Positions 27,272 through 41,900 of a stretch of 53,133 nt of DNA are shown piece after piece. Each line of letters opens with the position of its first letter. The stretch's first letter is position 1. Origin of the DNA: Trichoplax sp. H2 (lineage: Eukaryota); NCBI GenBank assembly GCA_003344405.1, contig NOWV01000217.1, positions 62,001 through 115,133 on the forward strand. Direction: 5' to 3'. Below the pieces are notes generated by a model. The model was given only the letters and a program-made list of their open reading frames with translations. It ran no database searches and was not told the DNA's origin. A program made the translations under genes and the position numbers.

Positions 27272-30200
27272 ATGCTTGCTACCAGATCCATTCGCAATCC
27301 GGTGATTCGTTTACAAGCTATCGTTCGCCATTACAGCCGAATCCATGATCGAAATGCTGTAGGCAAACTTGTGCAGCGTCATCGTCCTGGCAGGCTTCTT
27401 GGCCGGCCAAATGATCGAATCAATGCAAGGCTTAACCCATGGTCTCCTCGATTGATTCATGCAAGATGGTTATGTGCAGCAAAACCACCTAATGGAGATC
27501 CTAAAGACAAGAACGATAACGACATTAAAGTGAAGATTGTAGGGGGTAAAGGTGCTACAACGGCTAATGTCCCTGCTCAAGTGATTGTTCCAGATTACTT
27601 TCCTGAAGTGCCATGCTTAACTGTATCTCGTAGTCCGGTTTATCCACTATTTGTCAAAGTCATCGAAGTAAGTTGTGAACGAATTATGCCAAGTTAATCC
27701 TTCTTTCATAATAGGGAAACATGTTAAGATCATTATTGTTCATTTTAGCACATCTGTAATAGTGTAGAGACATATTTCTATTCAATACAGTACTTGTTGC
27801 TATCATGCTACTGCTTTACATCGTTGTTTCAACTCATGATGGATACCGACTTGGAGTCGTACATCACTACTAACCATTAAGATGTGAACTCTTCTACTTT
27901 CTGATTCGTATGCTATAGGTGACCAACAAAGAGTTAATACAATTACTGCTTCGTCGGTTCAAGATTGGACAGCCTTATGCTGGTGTCTTCTTGAAAAAAG
28001 ATAAGAAAAATACTTCGGACGTCGTCCATTCACTAGATGAAATCTATCCCATTGGTACTTTTGTCAAGGTTGGAGATTATGCAGTCACCGGTGATAAGTT
28101 AAGAATGTTTGTGCAAGGACATCGGAGGTAAGTGTCAATGCAAAGATAGAATTGATTCCATTTTGACTAAATCGGTAATCATGAGCGACATCAGTGAATC
28201 ATGATTGTATATACGATACTAGGGTCTCCATGATACGTAGATGATTAGGGTAGAAGTTTTGACTTGTCATTAGGAACCTTATGCGTACATTAGGATTCAC
28301 CTACGTTCAGTCTTAATGTTGTTCACTCCTTTGCTACGTATACTAGTAATAAAGTCATAACTTGTATTCGTATAGAATACGACTGATTGACCGCTTGGAA
28401 TTAGATGAAGAAGAAGGCAACACAGAAGAGATCATTGAAGGACAACCGGCTGAGATTATCACAGAAAACGAAACTGGAGAAACGGTTATTATTGAAAGTC
28501 AATCAAAGGAAAGCCAAGTAGAGGAAACAATAACGAAACAAGATGAAAAACAGACCGTTGAAAGTGATTCTGGTAAACAGGAGCCCCTACTAATGATAAC
28601 ATCTGAAAATTGGGCACATTTACCATATGATAAAGATCCAGAACTCAAGACCACCATTAAGGTTTATTCCTAGTCTACTAGAACGATGTACATGACTCTT
28701 TTAATAGTAAATAAGCAATCTTACGATGCTATTGCAACATTATTTGATAGGCAATATCCCAAGAAATCATGGATACTGTCAGAAAGCTGATTAAATTAAA
28801 CCCTGTGTATTAGTAAGTTTATACAGTATTGCTGTATCATTTTCGCTGGTATACTAGCTAGGTTGATATATAAAGGTCTAGTGAATATACGTGTATTCCA
28901 GCTATGCATGATAAAAGACGAATCGAAGGATCTGGAGTCCTCTTAGTAAATTTAAGGTGTATGTTGCAAAATAGTATATACTAATCTAAGGTGTTGATAA
29001 CGCAACATACTTTTTGCAGTGAATCGCTGCAGCATTTAATTGAAGCAAATAGAAAGATGGTAGAAGATCCAAACCACTTGGCTGATTTTGGTAATTATAA
29101 ATTAATTTCTATGTGGACACTCAATTTAATAGCAACTTATACTATACAATTTTGAATATATTCAGCTGCATCGTTAACCACTTCTGAACCCGAAGAGTTG
29201 CAAGCAGTATTAGCAGAACAGGACGTAAGTGCATCATGATGGTTTGTTTACCTTACTGTTGATCTAGACATTTATAAGCATAAAAATGACTGACATTCAT
29301 ATAGATTCGTGCTCGACTGCTGTTATCTTTGGAATTATTGAAAAAAGAATGTGCCCTAGCAGAGTTGCAGCACCAAATCGGGAAAGAAGTACATATTTTG
29401 CCAATCTATACTTACTGTAATTGTGATGTCAATTTGATATTACGGTATTATTGATTCATTAGGTTGAAGAAAAAAATGTTAATATGCAGCGGAAATATTT
29501 ACTTCAAGAGCAGTTAAAAATTATTAAAAGAGAATTAGGAATTGAGGTAAATTTATTGTACACGACCTTTAGTTGTATTATGATGATTGTATCCCATAAA
29601 TAATAACTTTCATAACTAATTCTGCTGTAGAAAGATGACAAAGACGCAATAATGGAGAAATATAGAGAGAGATTAAAGGTATGCTAAATTAAAATTTGCT
29701 AACATTAAAAATTAAAACGTTTTACTATTTAATTTCTGAATGCCCTCTGGAATCGTAATAATTAAATCTGTAGGATAAAACTGTTCCAGAAGATGCCCAA
29801 AAAGCAATTGATGAAGAGCTAAGCAGACTTTCTGTCTTAGATAGTCATTCGCAAGAATTTGGGTATATTTTGCTTAAAATCATTTTAATCATTATATTCC
29901 ATGAAACTGAAATATCGCTACCATTAACAATAAATAAAATTCACAGGGTAATAAGAAATTATCTCGATTGGTTGACAATTATGCCGTGGGGACAATATAG
30001 CACTGAAAATTTAGAAATTAATAAAGCTAAACAAATTTTGAATGAAGATCATTATGGTCTAGACGATATTAAAGATCGAATTCTCGTCAGTATTTTAATT
30101 ATAAGATGGTGTTCACTGGAATACCGATGCACCAAATGTGCTGCGTAAACATCCTAGCATCGATATTGACCAGCTGTTCTACACGTTAATGATATTGCAG

Positions 30201-32528
30201 GAATTTATAGCTGTAGGACAGCTGAAAAAATCGGTTCATGGCAAAATTATTTGTTTCGTAGGCCCTCCAGGTGTCGGTAAAACGAGTATCGGAAAATCAA
30301 TTGCTCGAGCCTTGAATAGAGAAGTAATCATTTCATCTATACTAGTATTTTATGGCTATTGCACTGCTTCAGGGTAACGCTTTTGCGTCCTAATAGGTGT
30401 TTAATTATCTATTTTTACAGTTTTTTCGTTTTAGTGTTGGTGGAATGACTGATGTTGCAGAAATAAAGGGTCACAGGTAATGAAAATTTTATTTAATTTA
30501 CTGAAATGTTCGAAAATGAATAAGCTGTATCAAAGTAAGATTCCTTTTAACGCATAATTTCTAATAATGTCCTTCGTAGGAGGACCTATGTTGGAGCAAT
30601 GCCAGGCAAAGTGATTCAATGTTTTAAAAAGACCAATACTTCGAATCCAGTCATTTTAATAGACGAAGTTGATAAAATTAGTAAGAGCTACGGAGGAGAT
30701 CCCTCATCAGCATTATTAGAAGTATTAGATCCCGAACAAAATGTCAGTTTCCTCGATCACTATTTGGATGTTCCTGTTGATTTATCTAATGTAAGTCTTG
30801 CCAAAATTTGAAATTTTTCTCAAGTATATGTTCTCAAATTTTTTGCATAATGTAAACATTAATACTTTTTCAGGTGCTATTTATTTGTACGGCAAATGTG
30901 TTGGAGACTATTCCTGGACCATTGCAAGATCGTATGGAAGTTATTAATGTATCAGGCTATATATCCAATGAAAAAATCGCAATTGCTAAGGTTGTTAAAA
31001 GCTCTGTATTTAATATTTTGCTGTCATCAGTGCTTTAACGGAGTTTATTTCTTTGCATATAGCGTCATTTAATTCCAGTTGCCCAAAACTCTTGCGGAAT
31101 TCAAGATAGGAACGTTTCATTATCAGAAGATGCAGTGCGTGCTTTGGTAGAATCATACTGTAGAGAAAGCGGCGTAAGAAATTTGCAGAAGCACATAGAA
31201 AAGGTTAGGCAGTTGTGTACCTAATAGTACTCTATGACGTATTTTACGTACGTTTTACGTTCATTCTGTAAAATTCCTTTTATCAAGACATGGTCTTATA
31301 TATACTGTAATTTTAAACTCAGATATTTCGTAAAGCGGCGCTTAAAATTGTCCAAGGAACTGACGAAATAACAGTGGACAATAACAATTTAGAAGATTTC
31401 GTTGGACAGCCTGTATTTAAAAGCGACAAAATTTATGAATCAACTCCACCTGGCGTTGTTATGGGATTAGCCTGGACTGCCTTAGGTAAAAATGTAGTAG
31501 TATGATAAATCGTCCTTATCTCGATTAAGCAGTATTTGCTTCGAAATTCCTAGGAGGATCAACGCTGTACATAGAAACAGTGTCCAACACTGTATATGAG
31601 AATGATAGCAAAAGCCAACCGGGAATCGAGTTAACTGGCCAATTAGGCGATGTCATGAAGGAGAGTTCAAGGATAGCATATACTTATGCTAAGGTATTTT
31701 GAATGCATAGCTACTCTATGTTATAAAGTCTTGACAGCGAATTAATCTTGCAAACGTTTACTTATTTTATAGCATTTTGTAAGTAAGATTGATGAAGACA
31801 ATAGATTGTTTTCTCGTGCTGGCATTCATCTGCATGTGCCGGAGGTATTGAAATTAACATCATCTTAACAATATATTTGTCTAAGATATCTCCTGTTATC
31901 GATTCATTACCAGTATCATTATTAGAACCCACTTATAAAAGTTTCTTAAAATAATAATTTTGTAACGAAGGGAGCAACTCCAAAAGATGGTCCATCGGCT
32001 GGTTGCACAATTACAACTGCGTTAATTTCTTTAGCTATCGAAAAACCGGTTAGACAAAATTTTGCAATGACTGGAGAAATATCGCTAACGGGCAAGGTAG
32101 CTAGAATGAAGGAACACTGTCATTTTTATGGTTACAATTGTTTAGGATGAAATATTATTAACTTCTCTGTTTGTGTTTGGGTAATGTGATCACTTTTATT
32201 ACTTTAGGTTTTGCCTGTTGGTGGAATTAAAGAGAAGCTCATTGCGGTACGTTTTAAACATATCTAGCTTCAAGAAAATCTTTACAAGAAATCTTTTAAT
32301 AAACGAAATGTGATTTGCTTATGAATTAGAATTAGAATTCGATGTAATGGATACTTTCTTTACTAATTTCAGGCTCGCCGAGCTGGTGTTGATTGTATTG
32401 TCCTTCCGGCTGGAAACAACAAGGAGTTCAAAGAATTGCATAGTAGCGTCACCGAAGGATTAGATATTCACTTCGCAGAAACTTATAATGACGTATATAA
32501 TGTCGCTTTTGAAAGTACATGCAATTAA
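27272..32528 (+). CDS. LONP1: Mitochondrial Lon protease, multi-exon
   Basis: Arg-rich presequence [14 protein letters not shown], Lon N domain ([11 protein letters not shown]), [13 protein letters not shown], Walker A GPPGVGKT, Walker [17 protein letters not shown], catalytic Ser motif [17 protein letters not shown] and Lys motif PVGGIKEK. Stop TAA 32526-32528; no C-terminal PTS1, so not LONP2. Confidence 0.96.
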
Positions 32529-35500
32529 ATTATCTTAGTTTATCTAACACGACGAAATGAAATTCTATACCATACAGAATCATTGGTAATGTTAGGTTAA
32601 TAAGTAACTTCCTGAAGAGTACAATTATCGAATAGGTGATAATCAGTTTTTTGTTCGTTTAAAAATTTTCTTTGATGAAATGCAGGAGATTTGTAGCGTG
32701 CTAACATCAAAATGTGAATGTTGGCAATTCATGATATATCATTATTGCTTGGTGTAGTACATTATAGCATTATAGTAGTTACAGCAACTGGATGCATGGC
32801 TTGGTTTCACGGAGTTAATTAACTATCAAAGATTTAAACGTTTTACTCTAAGACTTGATAAGGGGATCCATAAATGCAGGAAGTGCTTCCCATTTCATTG
32901 AAAGTGCCATCGCTAGAGTAAAAAATCTGAATTTGTCGTGTTAGCTGTATTTGATCGAAATAATTTATAATCATCAACTGTTTTTATGTTTTGTTTTTAC
33001 ATTTAAACCAATAATAAATGGACCAGTCTGGGAAATATCTGGTATGTTTAGATACAGTCACTGCTTTATTTCTGCTAAGTTATCACCTGAATCATATCTT
33101 TTAGAATTTCTGACCAGATTTATTATGTTAAGATAAACGAATGCCTAGAGGATGTGTTGTTCTTACGGTTAAACTCGGTGATACAAAATGAATACTCTTG
33201 CCATTTTATATTGCAATATTTTCATGATCTATTTAATAAATTGCAAAATTTAGTTCCTCAATCGATCCATTGTTGGTAAGCTTTATAGAATGGTGTCTCG
33301 TTTGTATTTACTTTGACAGTTATCAAACTAGCTTGATATGTCTATCTTTTTGTAGTCTCTCAGTTATCAATACGCAGTTAAATCTCTTATAATTATTAGT
33401 TTAGAACTTGCTATCTCAAACATCATTAACTAAGTACTATTAGTTACATGAGCTCTCTGTCTTTCCTTTTTGTACTGGGGCCTAATGAATGTTATAGTGA
33501 TAGAGTTGTAGTTTTTAAAAAGAAATTATGAGATTTACTACGATCAATCTCCCTTCGCTCTCTCTCCGGCAGCCCTGCATCTCAAATTATATTATTAGGG
33601 ATAGTGGATTTTATAATCGGAAGTCTTTAATGTATACCTGCCTTCAGAATGAAATATATCATCCTGCAATATTTAATAAATGATTCATGAAATAGATTTT
33701 TGACCCTATTTGTTATGCATTGAACCTATTTAACTGTCAATAACATTCAATTTGTTCTTGCAGCGAGTACGTTCGAAAATATCAGGACGAAATAATGCAA
33801 ATTTTTCCTTAAATGGATTTTATACGTATATTAAAGATGCCGGTAGAGATTTATAAAATATAGCGTGATTGACTTTATAGATTTTATCCACATGCAATAA
33901 TGATAATCTTTTACTGATTCATATTTGATACTATAGCATTCGTGGAGCGGTAAACAGTAAATGATTTTACAAGTTATTTTTATTTAAAATACACGGTAGT
34001 AAGCGTCACCTATTTCTCTCGATAGGCTAACTTGATGCGTTGATGAAAATGCCGAGATGAAGTGCTGCATTTGAGCTAAACTTGGGATACTAAGTAACTA
34101 CAATTGCATTTTTATATTGCAATATTTTTATGACCTATTTAATAAGTTGCAAATTTAGTTCCTTAATCGGTCCATTGTTGATAAATTTTATTGAAAGGTC
34201 CTCATTTGTATTTACTTCGTCTAGAGAAGTTGATATCATTTTACCTTAACTACGTAGCGGTTCCAGTCATCGAGCTATGTCTGACTAATAACGTGATTGC
34301 AATTGTCGAAATATATAATATGATTGTTACTATAAGACAGAGAATCGTCATTTTTATATATCGTTTTGGTGTCAGTCAGGCAGTAGATCATAATGATTTT
34401 TAAGTGATGACTTTTATCACTTCAGAAAATGAAAAATTTTTTAGTAGCTTAAGATTTATATTATACATTCAATTATTTATTTCTAGCGATATTACTTGTA
34501 TCATCTTATAAATTGCAATAGCAACTATCATAATTGGCATAATTATTAAGGGAATGTATTAACTAAACGATATTTATTTGAATAGGCGGGAAGAGTAGAA
34601 TTATTGTCCTTATTTTTAAACCGAAGATGAGAATTAGGATAATATCTTCACTTGTCACGAACTACGCTCCTAATAAAGGATAAAGTAAAGTATTCTGCTC
34701 TTCTAAGTTGGTACTATCAACTACTATTTTCAGTTTCGACCTAGAATTACCCTTCTAGACTGCAGTCGCACAGGCAAACATTTACAACGTCGAGCTGCTT
34801 TTACTTTATCCCGACTAATGCGACCAACGCTATTTACTCATGAAAACTACAAAATCAGTTACTAACGAGCAACATTCGCAATTACAAATCAATTACAAAA
34901 GTTTCGAAATTTATTAAACGAAAGTTGATCTACAATTGCATGTACGTTAGTGGAATAGTGATGAATACTTTCGCATTAAGATACTCAATCTAAGAAGATT
35001 AACTAGACTATTGGATACAATATCATTCTCTAGATCTAAGCTTAAATATAGCTAATAGGATGGATAAGTTTTAGTGCGGTACGCTACTATTAAAGCTAAC
35101 TTCCACATTCGAAATTCTGCAGTCTCTGCGAGCATAATTACACAAACGTGCATTAATCCAGTTAATCAACTGTAATATTAATTATACCATTATCATACAA
35201 CATTGCGTTTACTTTCGATCATAATCAGATTGGTTTATTCCGTAAGATGAATTTATTTGAATTCTTAAAATAAGTCTGATTAGTTTAAATAATTCGCATA
35301 ATTAAATATTACTCCATTACCAAGGTAATTGCGATTGTACAGATAATCCAATCGGTATAAGTATCTACCTAAAACTTAAATTTTGTCTTATTATAAGCGC
35401 TCTCAGTTCATATTTTACAATCTTAATTATGATATAGAAGCTAGCATTGAATTCACTTTATTAAGTGATAGACATCGTCCAATATTGACAATAAAAAAGT

Positions 35501-35914
35501 CAGCTTCGTTTTCTTATAAGATCCATATTAATCTACTTAAGTTAGTCTGGTGGGCTATTGCAGGATGCATGATAGCCGCCGTTATTATTTTACCACATAA
35601 TAGGCTACCAGGTTTTTAATGACAATTTTATTGGCCCAAGCCCATTACCATCAAATTTGATTTGAAGGTTGCTCTTGACTATTTAGATAAATTCAGTGAT
35701 GGCTTTGCATTTAGGGAAAATTTTATACCAATATCATTCATTATTCCTCAATTAAGTTAGTAGTAAATGCCATCAATCGACAGTTTCGTAGTATAGCAAT
35801 GACCACTTTCTTAATATTCCTATCTCTACAATTGGAATGCTGAAGTAGCCTTCCGTTGATAGCCAGTATTTACTTTTTCTATCTTCTATCATCGTTGAAT
35901 ATCAAATGATCAAT

Positions 35915-38900
35915 TCATTTATTTCCCTCAATTCTTTTGATTATACTATATTGGCGTTCATCATCTTGGCATATAAATAAAGATTGTTGCCGATTACCCT
36001 TGATTCTTTTACATTTGATGTGTGGCGATTGTAAAACATGCATGAGTTGAAGAGTTGTTTTATCGTAAAAGTAAATATGATCATTACGTTTTTCTACTAA
36101 ATATTTATCAGTCCACAAATTATCTACATCAGCAATCTCGATATCCAGTTGTCTTCTTCTAGCATCCTTGTAGCTTTTTACTAATAATTCATCGTCCAAG
36201 TAAAACATCTAAGATAATTATTATGACATAGTCATTAATATTAAATATCGAAGGATTCTTTCATTGATAGATCGCAATAAACTGCAATCTAAACTTATTC
36301 TTACCGACATTACGTTTCCCTTTTCGATAACGAAACATTCATTAGCTCTAGCCGATTGTGTAACTTTAATTTCTCGCTTAAATGGCCTTTCCAATCTGCC
36401 GAGTTGTTCAAAATATAGAGAATATAAGGCACGTTTTAAGGTCATAAATACATAAGATTTAATGGTAGAGATCAATTTATCCGTTTATATTACGTAGTAA
36501 ACTTACGACATGGAATCGTATCTTGCACCTGCCATAATTTGCCTTAAACGATTCCATGGTAGTAGTCCTATCTCAAGATCGTCTGCTCTTTTGCTTATAG
36601 GAACAACAATTTTACAGGCTAATTGATCTTGAATATGATAGCTGTAGGTTTTAAAGTGCTTGATATTTATGCCATCGCCCAATTTATACCACTATTGCAA
36701 AAAGGATATTATAATTCATTTTTTGAGTATGCAATAATAAAATACGCGTAGTAATTACCTCGATAGCTAGTTCTTGACTGTTTCTAATCTTCTGATAGGT
36801 CACCAGATTGTAATTATTGCAAAATACGATCTTCATATCTTCATATAGGGGATAATCATCATCAAAATAAATCATAGAATCTCCGCTGACATGATTGACC
36901 ATCATAACAATCCATGGCCGACTTTCATCTTCGTACTATACGCAATAAAAGAAAAGAAAACTTATTTTTAGTGAGAAACATAATCCTAACGACATACGGG
37001 ATTGATTTAGATCACAACTATCGATATTTAACTGTCTAAAGAAGCTTATTAAAAATTTTGAGCCCATTCTACAGTAAGTTAGCATTACAATATTTATTAA
37101 TAGCAACTCTGTTATTCATCTTTACGTTAATCCAGTGCTATGCTTGGTAAATGTTTTACCTCTGCATAAAAGACAAAAATTAAAGTATTATCGGATATTC
37201 TATGTTTCGATTCCTTCAGAATGAGACGTTCTGGATCGTCTCTTAGCGTATGATTAATTTGCTGTTTCTGCTGCAAGTTGCCTCTTGAGTGATATAACTA
37301 TTGAGAAGACAGATGCTTATAGTTAACGATTTGGCGCTCTTTAGCATGTTTGTAAGCTAGTAAACCTTTAATACAAGGTGCAAATATGGGAGAATTTCAA
37401 GAAGAAAATTATTCAAATGCTAAGGTTAGCTAAAAATATGCGTTAGCCTCCATTTCTGGCTATAGAGGGCACTACATAATTGCGAATCAGTTACTCAGTA
37501 ATCTTACCTGGGTAATAATAATATGCCAATGATGAGATTCTAAGTGACCATTAACGCATTGCTTCTTGTGACATGTATGCATCGTCACCAGGATAAGAAA
37601 ATCGCAATCATCATATAGGAAACATCGCTGATAGGGCTGAGCTAATTTATAATCTGCAATTTGCTCTAATCCTTCACCCTGGTAAACCTAGAGTTCATTA
37701 CAGTAGTCGTTAGTCTTATTGGCCAAAATCGATATCAATGATTTAGCTTTATCATTCCATTTGCTATTATAATTTAAAATATAAAATTCTAAATTTTTTA
37801 CCTTTAATCTGCAGCTGCCATCCTGCTTATTAACCACCAATTTAGCTATAATGGGAATATCATGGACAAATGCATGGCTTGAATCGATAATAACAGAATT
37901 ACATTTATCAATGGAGGTTTGACGATCACTTAATATCGCTTCTTCTGCAGATTGCCAATCCAAATTGGTAGCTATTTAAAATTATAAGGGCATCACTATC
38001 TTCTATTTTAATATTTAAACAGGGCGACATAGTTACATAGTATGATTTCCATATTTGTTGCTAACCTTCTAGATTATAGCGATATAAGCAATACATTGGA
38101 TATTGGTTATAAACTAAGAGGTCATGGCTGCCTGGAATGAATATCAAATGAAGATTACCATCGACTAAATCGGTTTTTGCGTCTTGGACGCAATGAATAG
38201 TTAAATAAGAGTTAATAGCATTCTTTTCCATCTTGAAGATCTGCAAAATCAAAGTAATAGACATCAAATTATGTACAAAAATGAACCTTGATATTATAGA
38301 ATGCTATAGTATTTACTATACCATGATATTTGGTTCTAGATGCATTCGAACAGCAATTAGTAGATGATCATCAGATATGACAATATCTGCAATGTATTTC
38401 TCGCTTTGATAGATAACTTTAAGAGAATTGGTTAGATCTCGATTGGAATTACTAATTCTTTTATCCTCATTTCCATTTGAGAAGAGCTGTAATAGAGTAT
38501 CGCCGTAGGATGCTATAATGGATGTACATTCAAGATCGATATATTTTACTGTTGCTAATTCTAAACAGTAAGAGTACTTTTGCCAGCAGTAAATTGCCCA
38601 TGATCATATTGGATAAATCCTGGAACTTCAAATGATTGATAATGATTCCAATCTTGGATATCCCAAACCTAACAATATACAACTGATGTTACTCTTACTA
38701 TGATTAGTTAAACGGAAGTCCTAATTATTTACTTACCTCGATCTGACATTCATTGATCCAGCTGTTATCATCTTGTAAGCGAAGCCGATAGCTATTATAT
38801 TTTCGCCACCAAATCAATATCTTACTGCTATTCTGAACAAATTCGCATCGTTCAATTTGGTGAAGATAGGAAATAGATTTGCCAGTATGCTTCATTTCTC

Positions 38901-41900
38901 TTCCTTGGATTTTCCATATCTGCCAACAATTATTTTATTAAGTTATCAAAATGGTGATAAGTAGTATTTAATATCGCATATCTGTTACAGAACTTTACCG
39001 GTTTAAATTAAATTTAGAGGTTATGGCAAACTTATTTGCCTCACTTCTCTTATTACTTTAATTTTAGAAATAACTTACAGCGATATCTTTACGGTCTCTT
39101 GACACGGTCATTGCTACAGGATAACCAGGTATAATTGGGCAGAATTCTAATTTTTTCCAATCTAAGACAGGTATTTTGGAACCATCTTGCTTAATAGCTT
39201 GTAGACGTTGTCTAGTACCAATATTATGAATTTCCCATTCCTCTCGCTAAAGATACATTAATAGAGTATTAGATAATACGATATGAAATAAAATAACACA
39301 TAATGAGAATAGTATCCCTGATATTATTAGGGCAGTCCTGCTTTATAGTTTTAGGTTTTTGTTCGATTTTACATAATTTTGCGGGCTTTAAATATTATAG
39401 ATTGTACATTTCTTTAGCTCATAAAATATAGCTCGATTGTTTTCTATATTTTACACTTTTAATCTATTCCTCATCTATTTCTGTTTCCTAGACAATATAA
39501 AATACTGCCCATATTTACATTGGCTATGTGTAGTGTATTTAGAATATACTGTAACTATATTCTACTCTTAAATATAGACATGCTGTTTTGATCTTATATT
39601 TAGACATATCTACAGTCCGTTCGCTCTACATTCAAATATGGCTTACTACATTTAGTTATTACAGTCCTCGCTATTTTCTACAGTACAATCATCTGCTATT
39701 CTATAACCTGTTATGGTATATGTTGTATCTGATCCTACAATCATGTTCTCTGCATGTGTTCTAATGCCATAGCTATAAATACCGCCGTTTTCTACCTTAG
39801 ACTTCTTAAGTTGCATTATTAGTCACAGTTAGTATTCACACTTTACTCACGGCAGCTACCACGCTGACCTACTGTAATTATCACATTGTACCTAACTACT
39901 GTCTACAATAAAGTATCCTCTTTTCTTAAGCTCCTTGTGCAATTCTCTACATGGCAACTAAAAACACATTATCTGACTCTTCGAACCCTCCATCACACTG
40001 TGATACAGAAGTAGTTGTTATGCAGCTACTTCTATCTAGATGAGATTCTAGTTATATTATATAGAATTATAAGCATGGTGTCATAGTATTATTGCAACCC
40101 TATTTCTGCTATTGAATTGTAGCAGATGTGTAGTGCACAGCCGATATATCCTAATCGGTAATCAGCAATCTTCATTTATATTATTTTAAAATGGATTTAT
40201 CAGGGAATTGTGATTGGCATACAATCTTGAAATTTAGTTCGACGTTCTTAAATAGTGATACGAAAAATTAGTTTAAATTTACTAATGCTAATTACCGACA
40301 ATTATCTATAGATATTTAATTAATAATCTCCCATTTTAAAAGAAATAAATAGTTGCTATAAAATGTTACTGTAAGACAATGAAGTAAAATTAAAGGAAAC
40401 TTACTCGATCTCTGGACATTAAGTAAGCAATAATATTCGCATCAGATGATATTCTGACTTCAAAGACATAGGTTTTAGGAAGGCTGAATTTTACTTTGGT
40501 TTTGGATGTTTCATAATCGGAAACCTAGTAATACGACATGATACAGTTATAAGATATTTGCTAAATGTAGGAAGGATCTTACAATACTTTTATGTTATCG
40601 TGATTAGAGAACTTTAGACCAGCGCTATAACAATCGTGACTGATTTAGAGGCTAAATCTTAACTCAATTTTTATATGCAGTATCGTATAGACTTACAACG
40701 ATAGTACAATCTTTTCTCCATCTATTATTGTTAGCGTAGATTATTTTTATGTCTCCATTTCGAGGCCTTGAACACTTTGGCAATATCAAGCCACTGTTGG
40801 TATCTACAGTTTTGGACTCAATCCAAGGACTATCGTCGGTTTTATTTTGGGGATATCTAAACCATAATATATCATAGCATTAGTTCAAATAAAAATCCGC
40901 TTTAAACTACCATTACTAGTTGATAATAATGTTTATAAGATATTTACAACAACTTACTTTGTAATCGTCCAGTATTTACCCATATTCACTTTCTTATTTG
41001 CTATTTGTGTAGCTTTACTAACAATCCAACTGTCTTTCTTGGCACAATATAACAAAAATTGGATTAAATTCATTGATTCTTTGTCTAGGTAAAATTCGTG
41101 TTGTTGTAATAGATCAAGCAATTCTTCGAATGAATCAGGATTCTATTAAAAAGATTATGGTGTATCAAATTATAATAAAAAGGCAGGATCGAATACAGTT
41201 ATAGTTGCAATAAATAATTAGCATCAATTTATTTCCATAAACTGACCTTATTCTTCAACTTAAGATAGTTGATATAATCTATTAGATCTAAGCGTAGGTT
41301 GCTCAATGATTTAAATTTTTTCAATTTATTCATCATCCAGTTGAAATCGGTCATTAATGTTGCTAAAATGCTATCATCATCGGCTTGAATGGCATGATAG
41401 ATGATATATTGATAGAAATAGCCATCATCCGGATAGGTAGACCATTTCCCGTCGTACAGCTTAACATAAGAATCGATCAGTGTTTGATGCAGTTTCTTCA
41501 CGTAAGATTGTTGTGATTGCTGCGAATCGATTGGCTGCTGCAAATAGTCTATGATTTTCTCATGTAATATACAGTAGTTTCTGGCAACAGAAGTAAAATA
41601 GGGAAGATCTGAGAAGGATGACAAGAATATACGTTGCTAGAATAGGTTTGTTGCAAGTTGGAAAAGATTAAGTTAATATTATTACAAAGCGTATCGATTT
41701 CTATATGTGTTAAAGAAGATGCTGACTAAGGCAAGGTAGCAAATGTAGATATTAGCGATTGGAATAAAACTTTAATTTGTTTGAAATATTGCAGATGGAA
41801 ATAGAGAAATGTGCAAATAGAATAAATACTGGTACTGCACAATGATGAACCTATCCATAGAATCATGCCGATTGCTAATCTAAACAAATATCTTTCTAGA

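Noticed and set aside
38881..38919. Apparent second frameshift at the start of an Apaf-1-like exon
   Set aside because: On re-reading it is ATA TGG AAA ATC CAA GGA, which is in frame.
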